A stretch of 50,958 nucleotides of DNA from positions 1 through 50,958 of the forward strand of contig JALGVJ010000026.1 in the NCBI GenBank assembly GCA_029838195.1. The letters are read 5' to 3'. This stretch comes from Promethearchaeota archaeon. Its GTDB lineage: Archaea; Asgardarchaeota; Lokiarchaeia; Sigyniarchaeales; SOKP01. The position numbers and the translations under genes were made by a program. The notes under the pieces are model-generated. The model did no database searches, was not told where the DNA came from, and worked only from the letters and a program-made list of their open reading frames with translations. This document shows, piece after piece, positions 49,642 through 50,958 of this stretch. How positions within the stretch are numbered: position 1 is the stretch's first letter; each line of letters opens with the position of its first letter.

Positions 49642-50691
49642 TTAAAATGGGTTTTTTGGATTGATATTTTTCATGCGCAAATCATTGACAGAAACAACAG
49701 CATCAGGATCTCCCAATTGGGCACTTCTTTGGAAGCAAAATAAGGCAAATTCAAGATTATCTATTTTTTGATACGCAAATCCGAGATTGAACCAAGAAAC
49801 ACCATATTCAGGATTAATTTCAATGGCTTTTTTAAAAGAGTAAATGGCAGCATCCATATCTCCCTTTTGTTGGTGGCTAAATCCAAGATTATTCCAAATC
49901 ATGTAATTGTTCGGCTCTTTTTCTATTCCCTTTTTATATACCTCAATTGAACCTGTTAAATCATTAAGTTGTAAGCAGATGAATCCAAGATTATTCCATG
50001 CGGCGCCATACTTCGGTTCAAGTTCCAATCCTTTTTCATAAACTTTTCTTGCAGCATTGAATTCTCTCATTTTTATAAATGCCGTGCCAAGGGCAAACCA
50101 ATACAATGCTTTTTTAGGCTCCAGTTCAATCGCTTTTTCATATGCTCTTATTGCTTCATTTAACTCTTGACGGGTCTCATGAAGATATCCTATCTCATAC
50201 CAGCTGTCAGCATCATTCGGTACGAGTTCTAAGGATTTTTGGAATGCATTTATGGCTTCCTTTAAATCTCCTAAATTCTGTTTAGTGGCGGCTAAACCTC
50301 TCCAAGCAAGAAAGTAATCGGGTGAAATTTTTAATGCTTTTTCAAAAGCTTCTCCTGCATCTTGAAATTTTCCTTGATTCAATTCGGCACCTCCAAGTGC
50401 AGTCCATGCAACGGGATCATTGGGGTCAGTTTCAATAGCATTTCGAAAATCTTCAAGTGCCCTGTGGATATCTCCTTGAGCCATTCGAATTGTCCCATCG
50501 GAAATGAGCTTTTGAGTTTTTCTAAAGATTTTTCGGATCCCATCAATATAACCTATTGTCATTTTATTCTCTATTAAATTAACTAAGTTATTTATCATCG
50601 CCGTCTCGGAGATGTTAAATTGCTTAGCCAAATCTTCAATAGACACCTCTTCACCTATCTTGAGATTGGCGAGAAATTCTTTTAACTCCAT
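49642..50691 (-). CDS. TPR-repeat protein with an N-terminal PCI-like winged helix
   Basis: About 8 34-aa repeats (AW..LG....A...F.KA.E..P); N-terminal VSIEDLAKQFNIS...LI....GYIDG. ATG 50691 preferred. Confidence 0.88.
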   Translation of the reverse strand: MELKEFLANLKIGEEVSIEDLAKQFNISETAMINNLVNLIENKMTIGYIDGIRKIFRKTQKLISDGTIRMAQGDIHRALEDFRNAIETDPNDPVAWTALGGAELNQGKFQDAGEAFEKALKISPDYFLAWRGLAATKQNLGDLKEAINAFQKSLELVPNDADSWYEIGYLHETRQELNEAIRAYEKAIELEPKKALYWFALGTAFIKMREFNAARKVYEKGLELEPKYGAAWNNLGFICLQLNDLTGSIEVYKKGIEKEPNNYMIWNNLGFSHQQKGDMDAAIYSFKKAIEINPEYGVSWFNLGFAYQKIDNLEFALFCFQRSAQLGDPDAVVSVNDLRMKNINPKNPF

Positions 50692-50958
50692 TTTTCTTCT
50701 TCCCCCATGAAATTTACAAAAAACAAAATACATGGTTAATATGTTAATTACACTTAAAGAAGCAATGTTTTATTATAAAATTATGCTTAATTATTTAATA
50801 GTACAAAAATTTCTTCAGTGTTTTATTTGAAATACCGTCGTTACTAGTTAGCAAAAAAATAGGACAAACGTGGACATTCTAAAAATTATTATCAATTCCA
50901 CTTGATAAATTTAAAAAATGCATGGTCCCGTGATATTTATTTAGAAAGCGTCCTTTCT

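Noticed and set aside
1-50958. CRISPR array, rRNA, selenoprotein genes or SECIS, and the many short antisense ORFs
   Set aside because: No spaced repeats or rRNA seen; no UGA aligned to a conserved Cys was found by eye; antisense ORFs are shadows of well-supported genes.

Overview
AT-rich archaeal chromosome segment, most consistent with an Asgard (Lokiarchaeia-type) genome. This is inferred from archaeal ribosomal proteins plus eukaryote-signature-type genes (OSTC/OST3-like, roadblock, DPM2-like, PCI-like/TPR, Yip1) and a selenocysteine pathway. It holds a 19-gene rps19-rpl15 superoperon and a separate rpl34e-cmk-rpl14e-tRNA-Ser block. It also holds SelB, tRNA-Sec and SepSecS, RNA-modification, repair and metabolic genes, several pseudogenes and three IS remnants. 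The strongest signals outside the ORF track are: a 208-nt tRNA-Ile(UAU) gene split by about four introns; a two-intron tRNA-Ser(GGA); an apparent AUU start for rps3; rps14 in a frame the track missed; a duplicated 32-bp palindromic operator around an RHH regulator; and a coiled-coil/coiled-coil/longin-SNAP-like gene trio. All assignments come from manual motif reading; no searches were run.
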